This document shows, piece by piece, positions 25,560-38,250 of a stretch of 64,000 nt of DNA (position 1 is the first letter of the stretch; each line of letters starts with the position of its first letter). This DNA comes from Malacoraja senta. Taxonomy: Eukaryota. The stretch is taken from positions 5,828,001-5,892,000 of the forward strand of contig CM075991.1 of the NCBI GenBank assembly GCA_038087875.1, given 5' to 3'. The notes under the pieces are model-generated. The model was not told where the DNA came from. It worked only from the letters and a program-made list of their open reading frames with translations, and did no database searches. Position numbers and translations under genes: made by a program.

Positions 25560-28277
25560 AAAATTGCTTAGAGGAAGGAAGGAAAGCTTGACAATGGACA
25601 ACAGAGTAAGGTCAGGGCCAATTGCGAGCGGTGCGAGGGGGGGTGTGAATACGGAGGTCAAAGTACTGTATATGAATGCGCGAACTATATGGAATAAAGT
25701 GGAAGAGATTGAGGCTCAGTTAGAAACTGGCAAGTATGTTTTTGTGGGAATTACTGAGACATGGCTGCAAAAGAGCCAGGGCTGGGAACTGAATATTCAA
25801 TGGTATACCTCCTGTCGAAAAGACAGACAGGTGGGCAGAGGGGGTGGGGTTGACCTGTTGGTGAGGAATTAAATTCAGTCCCTTGCAAGGGGTGACATTG
25901 AAACAGGAGATGTGGAGTCAGTATGGATAGAACTAAGGAATTGTAAGGGTAAAAAGACCCCAATGGGACTAATCTACAGGCCCCCAAACAGTAGCCTGGA
26001 CATAGGGTGTAAGTTGAATCAGGTCTTAAAATTGGCATGCAGCAAAAATAATGCTGTGGCTTTTATGGGAGATTTCAACATGCAGGTAGACTGGGAAAAT
26101 CAGGTTGGTACTGGCCCCCTAGAATGGGACATTGTAGAGTGCCTTCGTGATTGATTCTTCAGGCTTGTATTGGAGCCTACCAAGGAGACGGCAATTCTGG
26201 ATTTAGTGTTATGTAATGAACCGGATTTGATAAAGGACCTCGAGGTTAATGAGCCATTTGGAGGCAGTGACCATAACATGGTCGGGTTTAATCTACAATT
26301 GGAGAAGGCGAACAGTACATCGGAGGTGTCAGTGTTGCAGTTGGATAAAGGGGACTATGGGACCATGAGGGAGGAGCTGGCCAAAGTTGACTGGAAAGAT
26401 ACACTAGCAGGGATGACAGTGGAACAAAAATTGCAGGTGTTTCTAGGAATAATACAGAAGGTGCGGGATCAGTTCATTCCAAGGAGGAAGAATGATTCCA
26501 AGGGGAGAAAGGGACGACCATGGCTGATAACGGACGTCAGGGACAGTATAAAAATTAAAGAGAAGAAGTACAAGGTAGCAAAGATGAGCGGGAAGCAAGA
26601 GGATTGGGTAATGTTTAAAGAACAACAGAAGATAACCAAAAAGGCAATACGGGGAGAAAAGATGAGGTACGAAGGGAAGCTAGCCAAGAATATAAAGCAG
26701 GATAGTAAAAGCTTCTTTAGGTATGTGAAGAGGAAAAAATTAGTTAAGACCAAAGTTGGACCCTTGAATACCGAAAAGGGTGAATTTATTATGGGGAACA
26801 AAGAAATGGCAGATGAGTTGAACAAGTACTTGGGATCTGTCTTCACTAAGGAGGACACAAACAATCTTCCTGATTTAATAGTCGCCAGAGGATCTGGGGT
26901 GACAGTGGAACTGAAGGAAATCCACATTAGGCAGAAAATGGTGTTGGATAGGCTGATGGGACTGAAGGCTGATAAATCCCCAGGGCCTGATAGTCAGCAT
27001 CCCAGGGTACTTAAGGAAGTGGCTCTAGAAATCGTGGATGCATTGGTGATAATTGTCCAATGTTCTATAGACTCGGGATCAGTTCCTGTGGATTGGACGG
27101 TAGCTAATGTTATCCCACTTTTTAAGAAAGGCGGGAGAGAGAAAACGGGTAATTATAGACCACTTAGCCTGACATCGGTGGTGAGGAAGATGCTGGAGTC
27201 AATTATAAAAAATGAGATAGCCGCACATTTGGATAGCAGTAACAGGATCGGTCCGAGTCAGCATGGATTTGCGAATGGGAAATCATGCTTTACTATTCTT
27301 CTGGAATTTTTTGAAGATGTAACGAGGAAAATGGACAATGGAGAGCCAGTGGATGTAGTGTACCTGGACTTTCCGAAAGCATTTGATTAGGTCCCACATA
27401 GGAGATTCAATTATGGCACATGGTATTGTGGGTAGAGTGTTGACATGGGTAGGGAAGTGATTAGCAGACAGGAAACAAAGAGTAGGGATTAACTGGTCCC
27501 TTTCAGAATGGCAGGCAGTGACAAGTGGGGTACCGCAAGGCTCTGTACTGGGACCGAGGCTATTTACAATATACATCAATGATTTGGATGAAGGAATTCA
27601 AAGTAACATTAGCAAATTTGCAGATGACACAAAGCTGGGTGGCAGTGTGAAGGGTGGGGAGGATTCTATGAGAATGCAGGGTGACTTGGGCAGGTTGGGA
27701 GAGTGGGCAGATGCATGGCAGATGAAGTTTAATGCGGATAAATGTGAGGTTATCCACTTTGATAGTAAAAACAGGAAGACAGATTACTATCTAAATGGTG
27801 TCAAGTTGGGAAAAGGGGAAGTACAACGGGATCTGAGGGTCCTTTTATATCAGTCTATGAAAGTAAGCATGCAGTTACAGCAGGCAGTGAAGAAAGCAAA
27901 TGGCATGTTGGCCTTTATAACAGGAGGAATCGAATATAGGAGCAAAGAGGTCCGTCTGCAGTTGTACTGAGCCCTAGTGAGACCACATCTGGAGTATTGT
28001 GTGCAGTTTTGGTCCCCAATTTGAGGAAGTACATTCTTGCTATTGAGGGTGTGCAGCGTAGGATTACAAGATAAATTCCCGGGATGGCGGGACTGTCATA
28101 TGCTGAGAGAATGGAGCAGCTGGGCTTCTGCACTCTGGAGGATGTGCACACTGAGAAGGATGAGAGGGATTCTCATTGAAACATATAAGATTGTTAAGGG
28201 CTTGGACAAACTAGAGGCAGAAACATGTTCCCGATGTTGGGGAAGTCCAGAACCAGGGGCCACAGTTTAAGAATAAG
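25560..28277 (+). mobile_element. CR1 LINE, near-complete degraded ORF2, 3' end lost
   Basis: LYMNART, GITETW, MGDFN, SDHN, SPGPD, YLDFPKAFD, GVPQGSVLGP, KFADDTKL; several stops and frameshifts. Confidence 0.95.
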
Positions 28278-30268
28278 AATGTTTAAGAATTATTTTCCTC
28301 TGCATTGGTCCACGCTTGCTTCTGACATATTCGAGTAGCGTGGCAAACAGTATCTGGTTTTTGTTGACTCGTATTCGGGCTGGTTCGAAATCGACCTGCT
28401 CCAAAGCCCAACATCCGCTGCAGTAATCCAAAAGCTGGCGCGCCATTTCGCCATACACGGTGCCCCCGCACGCCACTTGTCAGATAACGGCAGTCAGTCA
28501 ACTAGCCAGTGTTTTAGAAATTTTGCTCAACGACGGGATTTTCGCCATGTCACCAGCAGTCCAGAATTCCCACAATCAAGCGTACTTGCAGAACGGGCTG
28601 TCCGGAGCGCCAAGCAATTGATGGAGCGCTCACACTTTGCTAAATCCGATGTTTCACCTGCGAAACCTGCGAAACATCGCCTGTGACCCAATACTCGGGT
28701 CTCCTGCCCAACGCCTGATGTCCCGACATCCCGTGCTATACTTCCTGTGCCCCAACATCTACTGCAGCCACAGGTTCGTTCACCAATTGCCATCAGAAAC
28801 AACTCGAACTGAAACGCGATACCCAAACACGATTTTTTGACCACTTAAACCTCTATCCAGTGGCCAAGTCACTCGCCTTCAAACCAACAAGGATTGGGCC
28901 GTTTGGGCTTCATCCACAATTCCGAAAAAGAGTCGCGCTCATGCCTGGTGAGTGCAGAGGGGGGATCTACAGGTGCAACCGTCAACATCTCCTTCCTGTC
29001 AAGGAACCACGTCCTGCTGTCTCGTATCCGGATGCGACACGTTCGATCTACACATCTACTGACCGACTTTCTCCTCTCTCACGACGTGCAGCTGCAGACC
29101 AACCATTGATTGTGACTCCAGCTCCCTCACCACCACGCTCGGTGCTCCGCCTGCCTGCCTCGCCGTGTTTGTCCCCCGGGTCCCCAGTGCTCCCGCCGCA
29201 CGGTGAAGGGAGGAGATGCGGATCTGTACCGATGCGCGCGGGATGGGTTTGTAGGCCGCCCCTTAGATATGGGGACTTTGTTTGTATCAATAGTACGTAT
29301 GCGCTATTACCGTTTCGGTTACATTATTAATCAGTCAGCACCTAGTAACGTGCTTCTACATATATATCACTTTTTTGTAGATGTGTTTCACTTTATATTC
29401 TTACAAGAAAGATGTAGTTTTGTTACTTTACCTACTAACTAATGTAGTGCTTTATTATTTAAAGCCACACCTACTACCACGCCATTAATATTATGGCAAC
29501 CCGACATGCGCTGTCAGTCAGTACTTCTGCATGATAGGAGTAACATGCTGAAGTGTTTTGTATACGTTTCTTAATAAATATTGTTAAACCAGATCTGTGA
29601 GTATGTGTGATTTACTCAACAAGCTTTTTGCCTGTTCCGCATCTCCTCCCGCTTACCTCAATGTTTTTCCGACTTGTTCCCGGAGCCGCGCTCCCATCGT
29701 TGTTGCCGCGGATCGCTCTCATGATCTCTGCCGGCCATGCTGGATCGGTGAATAAAGTGTCTACAAACAAATGGGTTATGCTAAAGTATAAGTTTAAAAG
29801 TGTTTTACGGTCGACGAGTGTTAGTGCTGATGTGCTAGTCTGAAAGATATTAAAAATATAACTGATAGTTTAAAAAACTCACAATCTCCACGGAGCTGCC
29901 ATGACTGCAACTGGAGCAGGCCGCGCCATCTTGAGAGGGCGTTCCTTCAGGAGCTGACTGTGACTGGACCCGTCGCGCCATCTCTTATACTTCTTTTACT
30001 TCGCGCATTCATATATAATACTTTTAAACCATTACTCGCCTCACCTTTCACATCGATTCTTATTTCACTTGGTCATACCTATCCCTTCGTGAGCTTTCTG
30101 CCCCGTTAATTCTGGTGTCTTTCTAAACTTTTCCTATCCTTTCTATCCCTTTAACTCGATCCTTATATTTCCAATATGGCTGCCCCCCCCCCCCACACAC
30201 ACACACACACACACACCTCCCCCCACTATTTAGTTTACACCCACGTGTAGCAGTGGCAAACCGTCCTG

Positions 30269-30417
30269 GGATACTGAGTTGGATGAGGGATACTGAGTTG
30301 GATGAGGGATACTGAGTTGGATGAGGGATACTGAGTTGGATGAGGGATACTGAGTTGGATGAGGGATACTGTTGGATGAGGGATACTGAGTTGGATGAGG
30401 GATACCGAGTTGGATGA
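30269..30417 (+). repeat. Tandem repeat (GGATACTGAGTTGGATGAG) x8
   Basis: Units start at 30269, 30288, 30307, 30326, 30345, 30364 (17 bp), 30381 and 30400; the last runs into the CR1 3' UTR. Confidence 0.95.
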
Positions 30418-30506
30418 TCAGCCATGATCATATTGAATGGCGGTGCAGGCTCGAAGGGCCGAATGGCCTATTCCTGCACCTATTTTCTATGTATCTATGT
30501 ATCTAT
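30269..30506 (+). mobile_element. Extremely 5'-truncated CR1 (3' UTR only) headed by a tandem 19-mer
   Basis: 6-bp TSD gtcctg at 30263-30268 and 30507-30512. 3' UTR gatcagccatgatcatattgaatggcgg... and ctatgtat tail. Confidence 0.9.
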
Positions 30507-31784
30507 GTCCTGCCAGTATGCTGGTCCACCGCCTGTTAAGGTACAACAAGTGCGTTCTGTACAACTCACCCTTACCTCAAAACAGATACCTGTGGTCTAA
30601 GATTCTACATCCCTGCCTCCTGCATCAGCTCCTCAGCCACACATTCAGATCCCCTATCTCCCTGTTCCCGCCCTCACGAGCACAGGGAACTGGAAGCAAA
30701 CCAGACATAACCACCCTGGAGGTCCTGTTTTCAGCCTTCTTCCGCGCTTTCTGAAGTCACGCTGCAGAATCTCTTTCCTCATTTCCCGCCGTCATTTGTG
30801 CCGACATGCACTACCACTTCCGGCTGCTCACTTTCCGCCATGAGGATGCTCTGTAATCGGTCCATGGCGACCTGGATCTTGGCACCAAGGAGGCAACACA
30901 CCTTCCTTGAATCCCGCCTGTTATCGCAGAAACCCCTGTCTGTACCTTTCGCGATCGTTCCCGATTACTACGGCTCTGCCTGACGTCTGTCACTTCGGCT
31001 TTGCTTCAGCGCTACGATTTGACTCGCAGGCCTATCCCCCACTCAGAATGGCTGTCTCTTCTGTCCCGACAGCTTCCAAGAGGGTGAACCTGTTTTTCAA
31101 GAGGTACATCCCCCGGGGTCTCCTATACTCTCCACCTTCCTTCCCTTCGTCATCGTCACCCACCTTCTCTCTTCAGGTACCTTCGGTGTAACGATCTCGC
31201 TGTATGTCCTGTCCAGCAAACCCTAGAGCAAGCCTTGCTTATATTGGCTGATAAATTGACCGATTAGCTAACTTACCATTTTTTGGTAATTACATTCCTC
31301 AGCCAATACCCTCACTCACTCTTTCACCTGCCGCTCCTCTGCCGACCTTGACTAACCTGCGCTTGGTCCCTATCCCTCCAAACCTGTATTAACCTTGCAC
31401 CTGTCTAACTGTTTCTTAAAGTATGGGATAATCCCAGCCTCAACCACCTCTTCTGGCAGCTTGTACCACACACTCACTATCCTTTATGTGAAAAGGTTAC
31501 CCCTCGGATTCCGATTCAATCATTTCCTTAAACCTAAGTCTTCTGGCAATCGATAGATCTATTCTGGGCCAGAGACTCTGTGCACCTACCCGATCTATTT
31601 CTCTCATGATTTTGTACACCTCTATAAGACCACCCGTCATCCTCCTGCTCTGCATGGAATAGACTACTCAACCTCTCCCTAAAGCTCACACCCTCCATTC
31701 CTAGTAACATCCTCATAAATCTTTTCTGAATATGACAATATCTTTCCTATAACATAGTGCCCAGAAATGGACACAATATTCTAG

Positions 31785-32815
31785 CTGCTCAGGTATAGGG
31801 TGGCATTCAAATGTTCGCTACCCACCATGTCCCCAATTTGATATCGAATCAACAACAGGAAAAAATGAGTCAAGATATGCAATATGACTGTCACGTAAGA
31901 TCGTTGTCTATAGCGAGCAAAATGGATCGGATATACCAAGATGCTCAGGGAACATATATTTTTGGGGTCGTTCTCCATGTCCCACGCCAGCTGAAGAATA
32001 AGACGTTTATCCTATACCAGTTGCATATTATTGGGCAGTATAAACAAGGAGCTTCGATAACAATGCACTATGCTCTTGAAAATAATGTGATAATTGATAA
32101 AGTATCAAGGGGCATCATAATGTACCGATGTCATCAAACAAGGAATAATGAGTAGGATGGAGTTTGGTTCATCATTTACTCATTATAATAACGGTAAGCT
32201 TTCGATTGATGTAAAACCTAATGCTTCTTTTGCCAGTGTTGCCCATCAATGGGAAAATATGAGGTCGCTGCCTCTGCTAAGTGGCATTGAACGAGTGGTC
32301 GGAAATGTACTCTACGTTGGCATAATATTGTAAACCGGAGTCTTACGAGACAGATCACTATACGAGACAAGAAATTAATGGTACCGTGGGTGGGAAAATC
32401 GATAACAGTAAGCTTCATTGTCGTACGGAATGACTCGGACGAGACATTAAGAAGATTTATCGCAAACATACTTCAACCAATACCACACCTCCATGCTGAT
32501 TGGAAGTTACTGACTAAGGAGGGTGAAATGGTTATACATGACTGGGATGAGAGCACTAAGCCTATTCGGATGCATGGCAGAGAAGCAGAGGACATATTGG
32601 AGAAAATGGACTTGGTGGGAAAGAGCCTGGAACTGGGGACTGAATACTAACGTGCATCCTTTGATTAGTTGTTGTACATAATCATTCATAGCGATTACTT
32701 TGTTCTTATTTTTGGTTTCACAGGATAAGTTGAAAACCCTGATGTTAGTTAGGCAGGTGGGAAGAGGGGATAACAGACAACAATTAGTTTCAGTAGGTGT
32801 ATTAGTGGGTGCTGT
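31785..32815 (+). pseudogene. Degraded viral envelope/fusion-glycoprotein-like C-terminal half
   Basis: ORF 31811-32155 (DCHVRSL..IFGVVLHVP..FILYQLHIIG), amphipathic segment 32378-32610, then after a frameshift TWWERAWNWGLNTNVHPLI..SFIAITLFLFLV (Trp-rich stretch plus TM-like segment). Confidence 0.55.
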
Positions 32816-32821
32816 TTAATA

Positions 32822-35800
32822 TGGATTATACTTCGCAGTCACGTGAGTGACTACGTGAAGAACCCGCCAGCCCGCAGGCGCGTATTACGTCTAACGCATG
32901 GCGCAGCGACTAAGTTTAAAGACCTCCAGGTAAGTTCTCGAACTTAGCTTGCGGTTGTTTATCTTCGTTCTTATTACAGGTTAAGAACGAACAACTATGG
33001 ACAAGGCGGGGGTGAAGTCCAGACGGGCCGCGAGGAAAACTGCTACGGAAGACCGCGGCAGTGCGATTAGCGGGCGGTCGTCGGTTTCACCATCACGGTC
33101 ACTGACAGCACACACCCAGCAACCGCGCCTCGCTAAGAGTTCTGGCCGTAAATAGCTCCATTTGTAGTTACATGGGTGGAGGCATAAAGATTCAGGAGGT
33201 TAAACTCCAAAGGATCCTGAGCCTTCTGGCATCCGGGGTCAAGGCCTTCGCCAGGTCAATGGACGGGAGCTCCCTGTCTGAGGTTCAACCGGACGCATTG
33301 GCACTGATGTGCAATGCACATTTTCAGATAAATTGCTTTTGCAAGAATGCCATTCGTCCTGTCCTCAATCCCAAGTTTGCTGGTTTATGCAGGTCGAGCA
33401 ATGTGCAGCCGGCCAATTATTTATTTGGGGAAGACCTGTCCAAACAAGTCAAGGACCTGTAATCTACCAGCAACAGATGGTCTACAGGAGCCAGTACCAG
33501 CTCAAGGACCGAAAGAACCAGCCAAAGGTCTTTTATAGGACAAGGTTCAGGCCGGCCGACATCGAAGATGCGCAGTTGGCGCACTCCAGTACCCTTACCC
33601 CTCAAACATCGAGGGCGGATATAAACATCGCAGATCCATCAATATCCATGGAGGTAGGTGGGTCTGGTTCTCTATGGAACATGCGGTGTGTGGGTCAATC
33701 ACATGTTGGTGGGAGATTACGTTTCTTTTTGAATGAATGGCGTTCGATAACATCGGATATGTTCATACTGCACAGTATAGATGATTTCCAAATTGAATTT
33801 TCTGATTCACTTCCACCCACACAGCATACTCCAAACCGTACTTTGGTCCTTCACAACAAGACGGTTTGGATGTACAAATTGAAATTCAATCATTATATCC
33901 AAAAGTGTAATTGAGAAGTCGAATCATGAATCTCACCAATTTGTGTCCAATATATTTACAAAACAAAAGAAAGATGGGGGATGCCGAGTCATCCTGGACT
34001 TGACCCGACTCAGCACCTTTGTGCAGTACAGACATTATAAAATGGAAAATGTTGTTACTGCCAAACAATTGATTTCCAAAGGATGTTATATGGCATGCAT
34101 CGATCTTAAAGATGCATACTATTCGGTGCCTATTCATAAGGATCACCGGAAATACTTAAAATTCAACTGGATGGGGCAGCTTCGGCAGTTTAAAGCATTG
34201 CCTAATAGGTTAACTTCAGCTCCCAGATTATTCACGAAATTATTAAAACCAGTTCTTGCTTTTTTAAGAGCTCAAAAACACATAGTAATGGCGTACTTGG
34301 ACGATATCCTTATTATAGGCAAGACTCTGGAATTGTTTTTTTCAGCGGTCTGAGCCACCAAGCTCTTATTTGAGCGATTGGGATTTCTCATCCATCCAGT
34401 TAAATCCAAGTTGACACCATCCAAAGTTATGGAATACTTGGGATTCACTATTAACTCTGTTCATATGTCTGCAACTCTGCCTTGAAGCAAGATATTGGAG
34501 TTAATAGAGTGCTGTAATTACATCTTTACGAAGCAGCAGCCTTCCATCCGACAAGTGGCCAGTTTAATTGGAAAATTAAATAATTGTATAAGGGGTAAGA
34601 GTGTTGTAAAAACAAGCCTGAAGGCTTTGTGTCTCAATGCAAGGAGTATTTGTAATAAGGTGGATGATTTGAATGTGCTGATAGATATTAATGACTATGA
34701 TATAGTTGGGATCACGGAGACATGGCTCCGGGGTAACCAAGGCTGGGAGCTGAACATCCAGGGATATTCAATATTCAGGAGGGATAGACGGATAGGAAAA
34801 GGAGGTGGGGTAGCATTGATGGTTAGAGAGCAGATTTACGCAATAGAAAGGAAGAACATTAGCTTGGAGGATGTGGAATCGATATGGGTAGAGCTGCGAA
34901 ACACTAAGGGGCAGAAAATGCTAGTGGGAGTTGTGTACAGGCCACCTAACGGTAGTAGTGGAGTTGGGGATGGCATCAAACAGGAAATTAGAAATGCGTG
35001 CAACAAAGGTAAAACAGTTATAACGGGTGACTTAAATCTACATATAGATTGGGTGAATCAAATTGGCAAGGGTGATGAGAAAGAGGATTTCTTGGAATGT
35101 ATGCGGGATAGTTTTCTAATCCAACATGTAGTGGAACCAACGAGAGAGCAGGCTATTCTAGATTGGGTATTGAGTAATGAGGAAGGGTTAGTTAGCAGTC
35201 TTGTTGTGCGTGGCCCCTTGGGCAAGAGTGACCACAATATGGTTGAGTTCTTCATTAGGATGGAGAGTGATATTGTTAATACAGAAACAAGGGTCCTGAA
35301 CTTAAAGAAAGGTAACTCTGAGTGTATGAGAAGTGAATTGGCCAAGATAGACTGGCAATTGATTCTTAATGGGTTGACGGTAGATATGCAATGAAAGGCA
35401 TTTAAAGACTGTATGGATGACCTAAACAATTGTTCATCCCAGTTTGGCAAAAAAATAAATCAGGGAAGGTAGTGCATCCATGGATAACAAGGGAAATCAG
35501 GGATAGTTTCAAAACAAAAGATGAAGCGTACAAATTAGCCAGAAAAAGCAGCCTTCCTGAGGACGGGGAGAAATTCAGAGTCCAGCAGAGGAGGAGAAAT
35601 GGCTTAGTTAGGAAAGGGAAAATAGGTTATGAAAGAAAACTGGCAGGGAACATAAAAACTGACTGCAAAAGCTTTTATAGATATGTGAAGAGAAAAAGAT
35701 TAGTTATAACAAATGTAGGTCCCTTGCAGTTAGAAACGGGTGAATTGATCATGGGGAACAGGGACATGGCAGACCAATTGAATAACTACTTTGGTTCTGT

Positions 35801-38250
35801 CTTCACTAAGGAAGACATAAATAATCTGCCGGAAATAGCAGGTGACCGGTGGTCAAATGAGATGGAGGAACTGAGTGAAATCCAGGTTAGCCGAGAAGTG
35901 GTGTTAGGGAAATTGAATGGATTAAAGGCCGATAAATCCCCAGGGCCGGATAGGCTGCATCCCAGAGTACTTAAGGAAGTAGCCCCAGAAATAGTGGATG
36001 CATTAGTGATATTTTTTCAAAACTCTTTAGATTCTGGAGTAGTTCCTGAGGATTGGAGGGTAGTTAATGTAACCCCACTTTTTTTAAAGGGAGAGAGAAA
36101 ACGGGGAATTACAGACAAGTTAGTCTAACGTCGGTAGTGGGGAAACTGCTAGAATCAGTTATTAAAGATTGGGTAGCAGCACATTTGGAAAGTGGTGAAA
36201 TCATTGGACAAAGTCAGCATGGATATATGAAAGGTAAATCATGTCTGACGAATCTTATAGAATTTTTCGAGGATGTAACTAGTAGAAAGGATAAGGGAGA
36301 ACCAGTGGATGTGATATATCTGGACTTTCAGAAGGCTTTCCACAAGGTCCCACATAAGAGATTAGTATACAAAGTTAAAGCACACGGTATTGGGGGTTCA
36401 GTATTGATGTGGGTAGAGACTTGGCTGGCAGACAGGAAGCAAAGAGTAGGAGTAAACGGGTCCTTTTCACAATGGCAGGCAGTGACTAGTAGGGTACCGC
36501 AAGGCTCCGTGCTGGGACGCCAGCTATTTACGATATATATTAATGATTTGGACGAGGGAATTGAATGCAACATCTCCAAGTTTGCGTATGACACGAAGCT
36601 GGGGGGCAGTGTTAGCTGTGAGGAGGATGCTCGGAGGCTGCAAGGTGACTTGGATAGGCTGGGTGAGTGGGCAAATGCATGGCAGATGCAGTATAATGTG
36701 GATAAATGTGAGGTTATCCACTTTGGTGGCAAAAACTGGAAAGTAGACTATTATCTGAATGGTGGCCGATTAGGAAACGGGGAGATGCAACGAGACCTAG
36801 GTGTCATGGTACACAAGTCATTAAAAGTAGGCATGCAGGTGCAGCAGGCAGTGAAGAAGGCGAATGGTATGTTAGCATTCATAGCAAAAGGATTTGAGTA
36901 TAGGAGCAGGGAGGTTCTACTGCAGTTGCACAGGGTCTTGTTGATACCACATCTGGAATATTGCGTACAGTTTTGGTCTCCTAATCTGAGGAAAGATATT
37001 CTTGACATAGAGAGAGTACAGAGAAGGTTCACCAGACTGATTCCTGGGATGTCAGGACTTTCATATGAAGAAAGACTGGATAGACTCGGTTTGTACTCGC
37101 TAGAATTTAGAAGATTAAGGGGCGATCTTATAGAAACGTACAACATTTTTAAGGGGTTGGACAGGCTAGATGCAGGAAGATTGTTCCCGATGTTGGGGAA
37201 GTCCAGAACAAGGGGTCACAGTTTAAGGATAAGGGGGAAATCTTTTAGGACCGAGATGAGGAAAACATTTTTCACACAGAGAGTGGTGAATCTCTGGAAT
37301 TCTCTGCCACAGAAGATAGTTGAGGCCAGTTCATTCGCTATATTTAAGAGGGAGTACGGTGTGGCCCTTGTGGCTAAAGGGACCAGGGGGTATGGAGAGA
37401 AAGCAGGTACAGGATACTGAGTTGGATGATCAGCCATGATCATATCGAATGGCGGTGCAGGCTCGAAGGGCCGAATGGCCTACTCCTGCACATATTTTCT
37501 ATGTTTCTATGTTTCTAAATTAGTGGCTGCTTTCCCAGCTGTACAATTTGGACCTTTGTATTATCAACAATTACAATGAGCAATGGTGCAGGCACTCAAA
37601 CATCATTTAGGTCACTTTGACAGGCCCATGCAATTGACGGCTGAAGCCATTTCTGAATTACAGTGGTAGAAGTCCAATATTCAGCATTGCTCTAGCAATA
37701 TTTCGGTTGATAGTCGACCAGTTATTTTACAAACGGATGCCAGTGCTCTGGGATGGGGCGCTACTGACACCATCTCTAGCTGCGGTGGCAGATGGAACAT
37801 GCATGAGCTATCATTATTTCAGTTACATGGTGTTAATTATTTGGAGTTACTGGCAGCTCTCTGTGGATTGAGGGCTTATTGCGGGTATATGCACATCTGC
37901 ATGTTCGATTACAGATTGATAACACCACAGCGGTGGCATACATAAATCACATGGGTGGAATCAAGTCAGTATCCTGTGATAAATTGGCTAACCGCATTTG
38001 GCACTGGTGCATTGCAAGATATATTTGGGTTTCAGCTACCCACCTGCCAGGTAGGTTTAATACGGTGGCGGACAGTAGGTCATGCAAATTCAATGACAAC
38101 ACCGAATGGATGTTGAATCATAGAGTGTTTAAGGATATTATTTCTAAGTATGGAACACAGGATATAACTTTGTTTGCATCCAGGCTAAATCATCCGTTAC
38201 TGAAGTATGTTGCATGGGAACCAGACCCAGGGGCTGTAGCGGTAGATGCA
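32822..38250 (+). mobile_element. DIRS-type retrotransposon (gag-RT-RNase H-MT start), split by CR1, 3'-truncated
   Basis: gag-like LFGEDLSK; VGGRLRFFLNEW, KKDGGCRVILDL, IDLKDAYYSVPI, TSAPRLFTK, AYLDDIL; TDASALGWG, DNTTAVAYINHMGG, LFASRLN. The tyrosine recombinase ORF is absent. Confidence 0.92.
34579..37516 (+). mobile_element. CR1 LINE with nearly complete ORF2 inserted in DIRS RT
   Basis: 6-bp TSD aaatta at 34573-34578 and 37517-37522; removing it restores ..LIGKLVAAFP. EN and RT motifs, 3' UTR and (TTTCTATG)n tail present. Confidence 0.96.

Larger units (their letters stand above)
28291..31784 (-). repeat. Inverted paralogue of 13158-16210 (Gypsy IN + LTR 29413-29621 + unclassified segment + CR1 pieces)
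   Basis: Reverse-complement match with the same element junctions. It retains CR1 ORF1 sequence (~30180-30950) that is deleted in the direct copies. Confidence 0.93.

Noticed and set aside
26469..26927. Long antisense ORFs over CR1/L1/Gypsy (also 35058-35450, 36328-36732, 17667-18029)
   Set aside because: Shadow frames of retroelement coding sequence with no independent motifs.
30269..30417. CRISPR-like repeat array
   Set aside because: Units are head-to-tail with no spacers, derive from the CR1 stop/3' UTR sequence, and the context is vertebrate with no cas genes.
34495..35394. DIRS-CR1 endonuclease fusion ORF
   Set aside because: In frame by chance at the insertion site; the upstream DIRS frame has stops and the start is not ATG.
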